From the NCBI GenBank assembly GCA_963749495.1, contig CAVVMW010000014.1:448001-512000 (forward strand): a DNA stretch of 64,000 nucleotides, given 5' to 3'. Source of the DNA: an uncultured bacterium (GTDB taxonomy: Bacteria > Verrucomicrobiota > Verrucomicrobiia > Limisphaerales > UBA8199). Within the stretch, counting starts at the first letter, position 1, and each line of letters opens with the position of its first letter. A program made the position numbers and the translations under genes. The notes beneath the pieces are model-generated. The model had not been told where the DNA came from, searched no databases, and saw only the letters and a list, made by a program, of their open reading frames with translations. Positions 10,270-22,162 of this stretch are shown one piece after another.

Positions 10270-13200
10270 TTAGGCGGTCGTTGCGGGGCTCGGTGGCTCC
10301 TGTCGGGCTTGCTCCCCGCGCAGGCGCAACATCAAATAGTATCCGGCGGGCGTGGCCACCAGCGAGAGCAACACGGAGATGCACAACGCGCCAATCACGG
10401 CAATAGCGAGCGGCTTGAGCATGTCCGCCCCACGGCCAATCCCATAGGCGAGCGGCAACATGCCGAAGGCAGCCGCCAGCGAGGTCATGAGGACCGGACG
10501 CAAACGGCGATGGCCGGAGCGGACCAAGGCATCCTCGAGGCTCGCGCCCTCTGCGCGCAAGTGCTCTACGAAGTCGAGCATCAGAATGCCATTCTTGGCG
10601 ACGATGCCCACTCCAATAATGGCGCCGAGGAACGAGACGACATTCAGGGAAGTGCCGCTGAGCCACAAGGCCAGCACGGTTCCAAACAAGGCCAGGACCG
10701 CGCCGAAGACAATCGCCACCGGTTCATAGAACGACCGGAACTCAATCAGCAGCACGGTGAAAACCAGGAAGATCGCCATCGCCAGCACGAGCATGAGATT
10801 GCGGAATGAATCGCGTTGCTGCTCGAAGAGGCCGCCAAATTCGATCACCCCGGGCGGAATGGTTTTGTCCTGGCTGAGTTTCTGCTGAATTTCCGCCATC
10901 GCGCTGCCGAGATCGCGGCCTTCGAGACGCGCGCTCACGGCCACGTCCTGCCGCAGGTCCTCGCGGCGCAGTTCAAGCTGGCCCGGCTGTTCCACGATGT
11001 CGGCGACTTGGGAGAGCTTGACCAGGGTGCCGTCGGCGGCGTGGAGGGGCAGTTCGCGCAGGGTTGCGATACGATCGATGCTGGAGCGGTCAACCAGCAC
11101 GCGGATGTTGACGACGCGATCTCCCTCCAGCACGGTCGAGGCTTCCTGGCCGAGCATGGCGGCGTTGACCGCCGCCGCCACATCGGCGGCGGTCAGGCCG
11201 AACCGTTGTGCATCGGTGTAGCGCACACGCAGGCCGATCGTCGGGCCGGCGTAGATCAGTCCATCTTTGGTATCCACGACGCCTTTAATTTTCTTCAATT
11301 GCTCTTCGACTTCGGGCGCTTTCTTTTTCAGGAATTCCATGTCGGTGGAGAACAATTTCACTTCGATCGGCTCGGGGGACCAAGTGAGGTCGCCGATAAG
11401 GTCGCTCAAGACACCGGGGAACTCCCATTGAATGCCTGGCAGGGTGGAATTAAACTTGGCGCGCAATTCGCTCGTGACGCCGTCAGTGCGGCGTTTGCGA
11501 TCAGGCTTTAGTTTTACGAGAAAATCGCCGGTGTTGGGCTCGGCGATGGCCAGGGCGAGGCGCGCGCCGGTGCGGCGAGAGAAGCTTTCCACGTCAGGGG
11601 TAGCGATGAGGATTTGTTCGGCGATCAAGAGCTGGCGGTGAGTTTCGGCGAGGCTGGTGCCCGGCGGGGCGATGTAGTCGATGACGAATGCGCCTTCGTC
11701 CATCGGCGGGAGGAATTCGCTTTCCAGGTGTTGGTATATTCCAACGCCAAGGAGCAGCACCAGGCCACAAGCGCCGAGCGTCAGCCAGACGTGGCGCAGA
11801 GCCGCGCGCAGGGCGATTTCATAGACCCGGATGACCCTCTGCAATAGGAACCCACCTTCGTCGCTCGTGGGGGCGTGGCCATGTTCGAGGCGCCCGCGGT
11901 CGCGCGTGAACCATGCGGCGAGCGACGGTGTCAGGGTGATGGCGAGCACGAGCGAGGTCAGCAGGGCCACCACCATGGTGAGGGCCAAGGCGCGGAAGAA
12001 CACGCCGGAGATGCCCTCAAGGAATGCCAGCGGGATGAAGACGACCACCGGGGTGAGGGTGGAACCGATGAGCGGCACGAGAATCTCGCTGATGCCGGCC
12101 TGGATGGCCTCGCGGCGCGGGAGGCCGCCGGCGATTTTGACGTGAATGGCTTCCACCACCACGATGGCATTGTCGATGACCAAACCGATCGACGCGGCAA
12201 TGCCGCCCAGGGTCATGAGATTGAAGCTCAGCCCGACAACCTGCATGGCCACCAGCGTGATGAGCACGGTCACCGGAATCACGAGAATGGCGGTGAACGT
12301 GATGCCCCAGTTCTTCAGGAAGAAATAGAGAATGAATATCGACAGGACCAGGCCAAAACCAATCGCGTCCCAGACACTGCGCACCGACGCCCGGACGAAG
12401 AGCGATTGGTCGTAGTAATAGGCCGTCTTCATGTCCGGCGGCAGGTCCTTTTTCAATTCCTGAAGGACCTGCTGGAGGGCCTTGGCGATGTCGAGGGTGC
12501 TGCCGTCGGCCTGGCTGCGGATATTGAGCAGCACAGCATTCCTGCCCTCAGCGGTCACTACGTTGAAGACCGGTTCGGGTCCACGCTCAACGCGGGCGAA
12601 ATCTTTGATGCGAACCGGGTGCATGTTGACCACAGTCACGGTTAGGTTCTCGATGTCCTCGATACTATGAACACGGCCATCTACGACCGCCAAGTAGAGG
12701 GTGTGGTTCTCTTCGTGCATGCCGGTCGGGGCGATAAGATTGTTCTTCTCCAGCGCGTCGGTGACTTGCGCCAGGCTCAAGTTGGCCGCCTGCAAGCGCA
12801 CAGGATCAACAATGACGTGATATTCGGGCGTTCGTCCCCCCACCAGGTCAACGCGCGCAACGCCAGGAATGCGCAAAAAGCGGGGCTTGAGTTCGTAGCG
12901 CGCCGTCTCCCACAATTCCATGATGCTGCGCTGCGGACTGATGAGGCTCACGCCGATGATCGGGAAGGCGGAGAACGTCAGCCGCCAAACCGTCGTGCTG
13001 GCGGTTGCGGGCAGCGCCGAGCGGATTTGCGAGAGACGGCTGTTCACGTAGAGCTCCGACTGAATCATGTTCACTTGCCAGTTGAAGAAGACATTGATCT
13101 CCGCCGAGCCGCGCCCCGTGGTGGACCGCACCGTGACGGCCCCGGGAATGTCCTTCATCGCTTCTTCGATAGGCCTCGTGATGGTGGCCATCATCTCGTC

Positions 13201-13419
13201 AGCCGGCATCACTCCGTTGTCCACCAGGATGACGACACGCGGGAAATTGGTCTGGGGAAAGACCGAGGACGGTATCTTAAACGCAGCGTAAACGCCCGCG
13301 AGACACAACGCTACACTGATGAACGTGATGGCCAGCGAGTGGTGGACGGCAAATCGGCCGATCCATGAATCTTTCTTCTTCAGCATGGTTGAGATGGGTG
13401 CCCCACCCGATTGGCTCAC
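10270..13419 (-). CDS. RND efflux transporter permease (AcrB/CusA superfamily)
   Basis: 1049 aa; LMTLGGIAASIGLVIDNAIVVVE, AKNGILM, RLRPVLMT. Confidence 0.93.
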   Translation of the reverse strand: MSQSGGAPISTMLKKKDSWIGRFAVHHSLAITFISVALCLAGVYAAFKIPSSVFPQTNFPRVVILVDNGVMPADEMMATITRPIEEAMKDIPGAVTVRSTTGRGSAEINVFFNWQVNMIQSELYVNSRLSQIRSALPATASTTVWRLTFSAFPIIGVSLISPQRSIMELWETARYELKPRFLRIPGVARVDLVGGRTPEYHVIVDPVRLQAANLSLAQVTDALEKNNLIAPTGMHEENHTLYLAVVDGRVHSIEDIENLTVTVVNMHPVRIKDFARVERGPEPVFNVVTAEGRNAVLLNIRSQADGSTLDIAKALQQVLQELKKDLPPDMKTAYYYDQSLFVRASVRSVWDAIGFGLVLSIFILYFFLKNWGITFTAILVIPVTVLITLVAMQVVGLSFNLMTLGGIAASIGLVIDNAIVVVEAIHVKIAGGLPRREAIQAGISEILVPLIGSTLTPVVVFIPLAFLEGISGVFFRALALTMVVALLTSLVLAITLTPSLAAWFTRDRGRLEHGHAPTSDEGGFLLQRVIRVYEIALRAALRHVWLTLGACGLVLLLGVGIYQHLESEFLPPMDEGAFVIDYIAPPGTSLAETHRQLLIAEQILIATPDVESFSRRTGARLALAIAEPNTGDFLVKLKPDRKRRTDGVTSELRAKFNSTLPGIQWEFPGVLSDLIGDLTWSPEPIEVKLFSTDMEFLKKKAPEVEEQLKKIKGVVDTKDGLIYAGPTIGLRVRYTDAQRFGLTAADVAAAVNAAMLGQEASTVLEGDRVVNIRVLVDRSSIDRIATLRELPLHAADGTLVKLSQVADIVEQPGQLELRREDLRQDVAVSARLEGRDLGSAMAEIQQKLSQDKTIPPGVIEFGGLFEQQRDSFRNLMLVLAMAIFLVFTVLLIEFRSFYEPVAIVFGAVLALFGTVLALWLSGTSLNVVSFLGAIIGVGIVAKNGILMLDFVEHLRAEGASLEDALVRSGHRRLRPVLMTSLAAAFGMLPLAYGIGRGADMLKPLAIAVIGALCISVLLSLVATPAGYYLMLRLRGEQARQEPPSPATTA

Positions 13420-14444
13420 TTGGACAACACGCGGACCTTAGTTTCCTTGGGCAGTGCATAAGCACCTTCTGTCACAACGGACATGCCAGGCTGCAAACCG
13501 TCCGCTTCGACTTCAATCAATGCGCCGTCATGCAAGCCGGCCTGGACGGCTTTCTGTGTCGCCTTGTCTCCCTGAACGAGGGCAATGACCGTGCTGCCCT
13601 CAGCGTCCTTGACGACGCTCTCCACCGGCACAGCCAGACGGTCTTTGTGCTCCTCGCTGACAATGCGGGCCGTCACGAACTGACCAGGGCGCAGACCGGA
13701 ATGAGCCGGGAGGTTGGCGCGCACGAGCGCCGTACCTGTTTTGGAGTCCACCTCCGAGCTAATGTAAGTCATCGCGCCCATTGCCGGAGGGGCGGATTTG
13801 TCCACCAGCACTTCGACGGGTTGCCCCACTTTGAGCGCAGCCAGTTCGCGGCTTGGCACGTTGGCGCTGACCACGAGGCGGTCGAGATCCATGACCTCGG
13901 CCAACACGGTCGTCAGGTCCACCGCTTCCCCCGGCTTCACGTTAACGCGCACCACGGTGCCGGCGAGGGGCGCTTGGACGCGCAGCAGCGCTCGTTGGGC
14001 GCGTGAGGCCGCCACTTGTTGCTCGGCTTCCTGCAAGGTCTTCTGCGATGTGCCTTCCACCTGGACTAGTTTTCTCTGCCGTTCGAGGGTTTTTTCGGCG
14101 AAATCCACGGCTACATCTGCCGCCCGGCTGTCGAGTTGGAACAACGCGGCGCCTTTGTCCACGCGCTGGCCTTCCACGCACTTGACCTCCGTCACCACTC
14201 CAGGAACAGAGGCGGCAACGCGAGCGCTGGCTGCCGGGCGCTCGCCCGCCGGTTCCGGCTCGACCGTGCCGTAGGCCGTGATGTAGCCACGCAGTGTGGC
14301 ACGCGTGATCTTGCCGATATGCACAGGCACTTCCGTGTCGGATTTTTTCTCCGGTTCCTCTGGCTTGGCCGGTTTGAACCAGACGAGCCAGACCAGGCTG
14401 GCGACGACGGCCAGGCAGATAACGATGGAGACAGTCTTTTTCAT
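13416..14444 (-). CDS. RND periplasmic adaptor subunit
   Basis: MKKTVSIV N-terminal TM, LRPGQF; start overlaps the TolC stop (ATGA). Confidence 0.9.
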   Translation of the reverse strand: MKKTVSIVICLAVVASLVWLVWFKPAKPEEPEKKSDTEVPVHIGKITRATLRGYITAYGTVEPEPAGERPAASARVAASVPGVVTEVKCVEGQRVDKGAALFQLDSRAADVAVDFAEKTLERQRKLVQVEGTSQKTLQEAEQQVAASRAQRALLRVQAPLAGTVVRVNVKPGEAVDLTTVLAEVMDLDRLVVSANVPSRELAALKVGQPVEVLVDKSAPPAMGAMTYISSEVDSKTGTALVRANLPAHSGLRPGQFVTARIVSEEHKDRLAVPVESVVKDAEGSTVIALVQGDKATQKAVQAGLHDGALIEVEADGLQPGMSVVTEGAYALPKETKVRVLSK

Positions 14445-15850
14445 GGCTGAGCGTTCACTTGATTCGATTGCGAAACTCGCGGCGAAGTCTGCCAAATGGC
14501 CTCTGGCAAACCCAGAGGACCTTGCAGCGCGTCTTCCAACTGCACCAGCGCCTGTTGCGACTTGACCAGCGCGTCAAGGCGGGCCAGGGCCGAAGCGCTC
14601 AGTTGGAGGCGCAGCGCAGCCAGTTCCCCCTTGGAGATCTCTCCCGCATCGAACATCGCGTGCGACCTTTGTTCCTGTTTTTGCAGCCTGGCCAGCAACT
14701 CATCGGCGTCCGCCCGCTTCTTCAGGGAGACGCGATACCCTGCCACAGCACGGTCAATATCGGACAGCACACCGGCCTGAAGCGCGTCGAATCGGGCGGC
14801 GGATTCCGCCCGTTTGGCCTTTGCTTCGGCGATCGGGCCTTTGTTCTGGTTGAGGACTGGCAGCGTCACTGTGATTCCGAGCGACCATTTGTTGTCCCCC
14901 TGGTCATACTGGTAGCCCGGGCCAAGATGGAGGTCGGGGTATTGCCGGGCGATTTCCAATTGCAGCGCGGACTGGCTGGCTGCGTATTCGGCCAGTGCGC
15001 TAAGAATATCCGAGCGATTGAGCAGGGCCTGCCGGCGAGCGTCGGCGACAGCCGTTTCTTCCGGCAACCGGTCTAAGCCCTCGAATGAGAACTTTATGCC
15101 ATCGAGCGCGCCGGCCGGGACGCCAATGGCCTCGGCCAACTGAACGCGAGCCTCTGCGCTCTGCCGCTCCGCGTCTCGCAACGCGAGCCGCGAGCTGTCC
15201 AGCGCGATGCCCGCCTGGGCGACTTCAAAAGCCGACACCGCGCCCGCCTCGTGCTGGCCCTCCAGCAGGCGGAGATTCTCGGCTTGGAGGGCCTGCTGCT
15301 CCCGCAGCAGAGCCTCCGCCTCCCGGGCTGCATTGAGGTCCACCAGACCTTTGCTTACCCCGGTACGGACCTGCCAGGCGACGGAAGCGATGTTCAGCCG
15401 CGCAGCTTCCGAAAGCCGACCCGCGTGAGCGATGCGATAGCGGCGTTTGCCCGCCGTTTCGATCGGGATATCAATGGACCCAAACGGGATCCAGGGAGAA
15501 GGCGTTATGGTCGTGGTATCGTAGCCAGGCGTGACGTTCAGGGTGGGATTGGGCCGCTCCCCGGCCGTGATTTTTCCGGCCTGCGCCACCGCCCACTGAG
15601 CGCGCGCTACGTCGAGGCTGGGGTGGTAGAAGAAGGCCGCGAGCGTGAGCCTTTCAGAATCCCACGAAACCCCGGGCCATTCGGTCAGTTCTCGGTGGAG
15701 GTTCTGTTCCAAGAATGACTTGAGGGCGGGGTTGTCGAGCGACCGGCTTTCCAGCTTCCCCGCGGTTTCCGTTGGTGAGAGGGGCTGGTGCTCGAAGCGG
15801 GCGCACCCGGCCAGAAGGCACAGGAGGCTGATGCTGAGGCTGCGTTTCAT
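14441..15850 (-). CDS. TolC-family outer-membrane lipoprotein
   Basis: LAGC lipobox; IETAGKR and LPVLNQNKGPI motifs. Confidence 0.9.
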   Translation of the reverse strand: MKRSLSISLLCLLAGCARFEHQPLSPTETAGKLESRSLDNPALKSFLEQNLHRELTEWPGVSWDSERLTLAAFFYHPSLDVARAQWAVAQAGKITAGERPNPTLNVTPGYDTTTITPSPWIPFGSIDIPIETAGKRRYRIAHAGRLSEAARLNIASVAWQVRTGVSKGLVDLNAAREAEALLREQQALQAENLRLLEGQHEAGAVSAFEVAQAGIALDSSRLALRDAERQSAEARVQLAEAIGVPAGALDGIKFSFEGLDRLPEETAVADARRQALLNRSDILSALAEYAASQSALQLEIARQYPDLHLGPGYQYDQGDNKWSLGITVTLPVLNQNKGPIAEAKAKRAESAARFDALQAGVLSDIDRAVAGYRVSLKKRADADELLARLQKQEQRSHAMFDAGEISKGELAALRLQLSASALARLDALVKSQQALVQLEDALQGPLGLPEAIWQTSPRVSQSNQVNAQP

Positions 15851-15899
15851 ACGGGGAAACAGTCAAATTGAATTCGCCGCATAAATCAAGGATTACATG

Positions 15900-15914
15900 A
15901 TTACGGTGTTGTCA
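15900..15914 (-). promoter_or_regulatory. Possible CopR/CusR-type response-regulator box upstream of tolC
   Basis: TGACA-ACAC-CGTAAT in an AT-rich intergenic gap; resembles TGACA-N4-TGTAAT with one mismatch. Confidence 0.3.
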
Positions 15915-15967
15915 TTTAACATGCGGGCGGGGGTGAAACGCGAACAAGGGGGATCCTGCCCACTCAA

Positions 15968-18900
15968 TCAGATTACGTCGAGTTCCCTGGCAGTGAACTT
16001 TCCGTATCTCAAGGCCAGTGTCGGCAGCACGAGCAGGTTCAGCACGGTGGAGGTCAGCAGTCCCCCGAGAATCACAATCGCCATCGGCCCTTCGATTTCG
16101 CGCCCCGCCTCACCCGCGCCGATGGCCAGGGGGAGCAACCCGAGCGCGGTGACGAGCGCGGTCATGAGGATGGGCAGCAACCGTTCGGAAGCGCCGCGAA
16201 TGGCGGCCTCGAGCCCCCACGTCAGGCCTTCCTGCTGCACCAGGTGCTCGAAATGCGAGATCATCATGATCGAGTTGCGGGTGGTGATGCCAAAGAGCGT
16301 GACGAAGCCGACCAGCGAGCCCAGCGAAAGCGAGCCGCCGGTCGCAAATACCGCCAGCACGCCTCCAATCAGGGCGAAGGGCATGTTGACAAGGACCAGC
16401 AGCAGGTTGCGCGGGGTGCGGAACACAATGCTGAGCAGCAAAACAATGCCCACCCCGGCAACGGCCGAGTGCAACAGCAACTCGCGCCTGGCCGAGGCTT
16501 GTGCCAGCCCGGAGCCGCCAAAAGTCGGATACACGCCGGGAGGAAACGAAACCTTGGCCGCTATCTGCTTTTTCATTTCCGCCACGAAGGACGCCATATC
16601 GCGTCCGGCAACGTTGCAGGTCACCTGTTGCCGGCGTTGCGCGCCATCATGGGCAATCAGGTAACGTCCGGTCGTAGGATAAATCTCGGCCAACTCGCGC
16701 AACGGCATCCGCTGCCCCTGGGAGTTGCGCAACAGCAACTCGCCAACTTGCTCCGGCGCCTTCCGGCTCGCTTCATCCAAAATCACGGTCACATCGAATA
16801 CCCGATTGCCGTCGTAGATTTGCGCAACCTCGGTGCCCTGACACGCGGTTTGAATTGCTTCCAGGACATCCACTGGCAGGAACCCAAACTGAGTCAATCG
16901 TTCGGGGCGCAACCGCATGACCATCTGTGGCGAACCGGGCTGCGACTCGACTTGCACATCCGCCGCGCCGCTGATCGTGGCAACCACCTGGCGCACCTCT
17001 CCGGCCTTTTGATCGAGCACATCCAGGTCGTCTCCGAAAATATTGACCGCCACCTGCGCAGTGGCGCCCGAAAGGGTCTCCTCGATGCGCTCAGCCAAAA
17101 AGGGCAGCACCCGGAAGGTCAAACCAGGAAACCTCTCCAGTGCTTGGCGGATTTCGCCAGCGACCCCTTCGGCCTCCTCACCGCTCAAAGGCTTCAAATC
17201 CACGTCCAGCTCGCTGTAATGCGTGCCCCAGGTGTCTTCGCCATTCTCCGCCCGGCCCGCTTGCTGCGAGACGGAACGGATGTGCGGATTTTTCAGCAGT
17301 TCCTCCGTGACCTGCCGGCCCAGGCGCAACGATGCCTCCAGCGATGTCCCAGGCAGAGCGGCCATGTGGATAATGAAATGGCCTTCGCGAAACTCGGGCA
17401 GGAATTCGCCCCCAAAGAACGGCAGCGTGGCCGCCGCCGCCAGGATCATCACCAGAGCCACGCCGATGACAGTGCGCGGCCGTCCGCTCAAAGTCCCCAG
17501 CCAGCGCCGATGGCGTTCTTTCATCCAGCGGACGTGCCGAGGCTTCTTCATGGGGGCTGGTCCGCGAGAGCATCCCCAGGCACAGCGCCGGGGTGAGAGT
17601 CAGGGCCACGGCCAGAGAGGCCAAAATCGCGAGAATGAACGCGGTCGCCAGGGGCGTGAACAGCTTTCCCTGAATGCCGGTCATGGTCAGGATTGGAAAA
17701 AACACCAGCGCAACGATGAATGTCGCATAGACCACGGCGCTGCGGACTTCCAGCGACGCTTCCAAGACCACTTGAAAAAGCGGACGCGGCTGAGCCCGGG
17801 CCAGGTTCTCCCGGATACGCCGCAGAATGTTCTCCACGTTGATAATCGCGTCATCCACCACCACACCGATGGCGATGGCAAAGCCACCCAGCGTGAGGGT
17901 GTTCAGCGAAACCCCGCAGCGATCGAGCACAATGACCGCCGCCAGCAACGAGAGCGGAATTGAGCTGAAGGAAATGAACGCGGTCCGCCAGTCCAGCAGA
18001 AAAAAGAGCAACACGGCCGCCACCAGGATGCCGCCGATCATCAGCGACTCGCCCACATTCCGAATCGAGGCCTCGATGAAGTTCGCCTGCCGAAACAGCC
18101 GCGGATGCACAGTGATTCTCTCGGAAACGAAAGCCGGCGCCATCTCCCCCAGCGCGCCCTCCACCGCCCGCGTCACCTCGATCGTATTCGCGCCATATTG
18201 GCTGTACACCTCGAGCACCACGCCGGGCTCGCCCAGGATCAACGCATCACCAAATTTCGGCTCCGGCCCCTCGGCGACCTTTGCCACGTCCTTCAAACGC
18301 ACGCTCGCGCCGTCATGGTGGGCCAGCACCACTTGGCCGAGTTGTTCCGCCGTGAGGGATTGTCCCTCCGTCCGCAGAATGATTCGCTGGTTGGCGTTGT
18401 CCATGAACCCCGCCCCGCGCACGGCGGTGGACTGCCGCGCCGCCGCCAGCACGTCTTCTAAAGCAAGGCCATGCTCCATCAGCAGGTTCGGGTTTGCTTG
18501 GACCTGAAGCTGCCGCACCTCGCCGCCGAAGACCTCCACTTTGGCGACCCCCGGCACTGCCAAAAGTCGCGGTCGCACCGTCCAATCCGCGAAGGCGCGC
18601 AGTTCCATCGCTGTGCGGTTGGTCGAAGTCAGTCCAAGGTTCAGCACCTTGCTCGTCGAAGAAATCAGCGGCCCCATTTTCGGGGCCTTAACGCGTTGCG
18701 GCAGTGAGCCCGCCACTTGGGTCAAACGCTCACTCACCATCTGGCGGACGCGGTAAATATCGGCGCGGTCCCTGAACACGGCCGTGATGGCCGAGAGCCC
18801 TTGAATTGATTCGGAACGAATCGCCACCAGGTTGGGCGCGCCGTTGATGCTGTGCTCGATCGGGCGCGTCACCAGCGCTTCCACTTCCTCGGGCGATAAT

Positions 18901-19063
18901 CCCGGCGCTTCGGTTTGGATGACCACTTGCGGCGGCGCGAACTCGGGAAAACGTCCAGTTTGGTGCGCTGTGCCACGTAAAGGCCATAAGCGAGGGCGGC
19001 ACACGCCAGCACAATGACCACGCCGCGATACCGCAATGAGAATTGAACGATCCGCCGGAGCAT
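15968..19063 (-). CDS. CusA/CzcA-like RND transporter, split by frameshifts near 18947 and 17545
   Basis: Three ORFs join: MLRRIVQFSL...LDVFP / EFAPPQV...GVVVDDAII / ...RLLPILMT. Confidence 0.88.
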
Positions 19064-19068
19064 CGGGG

Positions 19069-20081
19069 TTAATCAAACATCTTGATCTGATATTTTTGCT
19101 CCTCGGAAAGGAGAACCTGCGCGCCCTGGACGACCACCGGCTGGTTCGCACTTACCCCTCTGCTCACGAACCACCCGTCCTCCAGGCGATGGTCGAGCGC
19201 TATTTCCCGGCGTGTGAAAGTGCCCTCCCCGGTTTGCAGATAGATCCAACCGCGGCCGGCGTGCCGCACCACGGCAGAGTCGGGAACGATGCACCCGCTC
19301 AACGGCCCACTCTTGAGTTGGAGGTAGCCGCTCGCCGCCCTTCCCGGAGAGAGTCGCTGTGAATTCGTTTTGACGAGAAACAAAAACCCCTGACCTTGCA
19401 TCTGTGGGTCAACATTTGGCGCCGGCCCCAGCCATTGCGCCGAAATGGAAGGGCTTTCAGCGGATGCCAGGACGATTCGCGCGCCGGCGGGGTTGCTTTC
19501 AGCATTTGGCCCGCTGGCAGGTCAATCCGCACCAGCGCGCTCTCCAGCGAAGCCAGCGACCGCACAAAAACCGCGAGGTCCGGCTGCTCCGCAATCGCGG
19601 TCCCCCACGCCGACACCAGTCGGAGATGCACGGATTCCACGGCAATGTGATCGCGTTGCGCAGTCGCTTCCACCGCTTGCAGCGCCCGGTCGGAAGCATT
19701 CGCCTGCTCATTGAGCCGCTTCACTCGCTCGAATTCCTTCTCTGACGCCGCCGCGGCAGCCTCAGCGGAAGCCAGTTCGGCCACCAGTGCAACGAGCGGC
19801 GAGGGATCCATCACACGCGCAAATCCTCTCACCTCCGGGCTTAGCATGGCAGGTCTGAGGGGTTCGGCTTGCAGCGCGATTTTTGCCTGAGCTTCTCGCT
19901 CCAACGTCAGGATGATTTCGCCGTTCGCCCCAGACGTGACGCGCGATTTCGCAACGACGGGCCTCTCGCGTTCCGCTTCGGCCTGCCGTTCCGCGCTCAT
20001 TTTGAGAAAGGCGAAGACTAAAGCGCCCATGGCGCCTATTGCCACAAGCAGAACCAGGGCGGTCTTGAGGCTGTTTTTCAT
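19069..20081 (-). CDS. RND periplasmic adaptor-like protein, frameshift near 19490
   Basis: N-terminal TM and helical hairpin in ORF 19299-20081; C-terminal VPDSAVV...VVVQGAQVLLSEE in ORF 19069-19401. Confidence 0.8.
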
Positions 20082-20461
20082 GGTTCGGTCGAGGCCATCC
20101 TTCCGCTTTCAGCTCCAGATGTCCAGCCAAAGGGGACCCCAGGAACCCAGCGGGTTTGGATCGAGCAGGCGCAGTTCAGCTTTCAATATGCCTTAGGCGG
20201 TGGAAATAAATAGAGGTGGCAAGATGCCGCCGGGATTTTGGCGCCCAGCGAGGCGTGAACGAGGCGCATATCCAGTGATCTGCAACGAGTGAACAACGAA
20301 GCTGGGCGGCAAAAGAACAAGGCAGGTTGCTACCTTTATTTATTTCCACCGCCTTAATCGGGAAGCCGGTTCGCGCATCGGTGGGCGGACTGGCAACACC
20401 AGCGGCGCCCTGCGCACGGGCGCGCGCACGCCGCGCCCCAGCCAAGCGCAAGCGCGCGCGA

Positions 20462-22161
20462 TCAGGACAACTTCGCCCCGGCAAGCGTCTTGGACCCCCG
20501 CTCCGCCGGCAAGCCCGCCACCCGCAAGAGCGCGCCCGCCGCCTCCAAGTCCCTAATGGCCTCCCGCAGCCGCGGTTCATCCGACTTTGTCCGCGCCAGC
20601 GTTTGCTCCAGCGCCGCCAGTTGGTCCCGCGCCTGTTGTTCCGCCTGCCGGCTCAATTCCGCGATGCCCGTTGCCACCCGCTCACCCCAGTCCGCCGCCA
20701 GCCGCGACAGGTTTTTCTCCACTTCCCACCGTGCCTTACGCGTCAGCACACGCCCAAGCGGCCTGCGAAACACCCTCAACGGCACGACCCAACCAATCGC
20801 GCTGAACGCCACGTCGAAAGCATAAGCCACGTCCACCGGCGGTGCGGCTGGCTGCCGCACCTCCAGGGCGAACTCGCGCGGCGTCAGCGGCAAACCAAGC
20901 GCGTCCTTCACCTGCGCCGCCAGCCGGTCATCAAACGCGCGCAACGCTCGCTTGAGGTGCTCCCGAACCAGGCTCAACGGCTCGCAAAACATCCCTTGCT
21001 GCTCGCACGACACTTCGCCCATCTCGCGCTTCAGGAAAACGCCCAGCCACTCCCTCCAGCCGGCCGAGACCCCGAAAGCGTTCGGGGCAGTGGCCGGCCA
21101 TCCAGCCGCCCGCCCAATTCGGTCGTCACTTTCGCCTGCAACCTCCGCTGTGTTGGCTGCAACCGCTCCAGCGATTGCTCCAGCGCCTTCGCCGACCACT
21201 CCCGTGCCATCACCTGCAGCTCCTCCCGGAACAACCCGAACTGCCGTCGCTCCTCCGCCAGCCGCCCGCGCAACGCCTGCCGCGCGGATTCCGTCTGCGT
21301 TGCCGCCGCCAACCCCACGCGCAGATAATCCTGCGCCTGGCTGACGACCGAAGCCAGTTTGTGCCGCAGAATTGCCCCCGCCGCTTCGCCACCGCCCTGG
21401 CGCAGCGGCAGCAGCAGCCGTCCCACGAACTCCTCCCGGAGCGCCGCCAGCGCCGGCTTGACCGAGTAGAAGAACACCGACAGGCCGCCATCCCATTTTT
21501 CATCCAACTGTCCCCGCACGAACGCCAGTACCTCTCCCCGCTGCGCTTCCGTCAGCAGGTCAGCCTTTGTCAGCAGGAGCACGATCTTCGGTGTCTGCCG
21601 GCGCAACTCTTCGTGCAACGCCAGGTCGCGCTCGGACAGCGGCGCATCCGAGCTCACCGCCACTAGCGCGGCGCCTACATTCGGCAGCCATTTCATCGCC
21701 GCCTCTGTGTTGTGCCGGAACGCGCTCCCCAAACCTGGCGTGTCCACAAATTGCAGAGGCGCCAGGCCCTCCAGCGCGGGCAACTCCACTTCCACCGACG
21801 CCACCTGCTTCCAGTTTTCGTGATTCTGGTTCTCGCCCACGAACAGCCCGATGTCCTTCACCGGAATCACCTCCGCCCGCCCATCCAGGTAGCAGACCTC
21901 CGCCCGCTCCACCGGTCCAAAGCGCAGCCGCGTAATGACCGCTGTCAGCGGCACCACCCCGATCGGCAGCACGTCCCGTCCGGCCAGGTGGTTCAGAAAC
22001 GAACTCTTCCCCGCCTTGAACCGCCCGAACACGGCCACGTCAATTCCGTGGTCCCCCTCCATCAGCCCCTTGCAGGCCGCGATCTGCGGCCGGAGGTTCG
22101 CCAGCTTGAACTGCTCCGCCAGACCGGAAACTCGTTCGAGAATACCGCTTGTGGGGGTCAT
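20462..22161 (-). CDS. Bacterial dynamin-like GTPase (DLP-B), frameshift near 21090
   Basis: G1 GRFKAGKSS, G2 LPIGVVPLT, G3 DTPG, G4 TKAD; helical stalk continues in ORF 20462-21496. Confidence 0.88.
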
Positions 22162-22162
22162 T

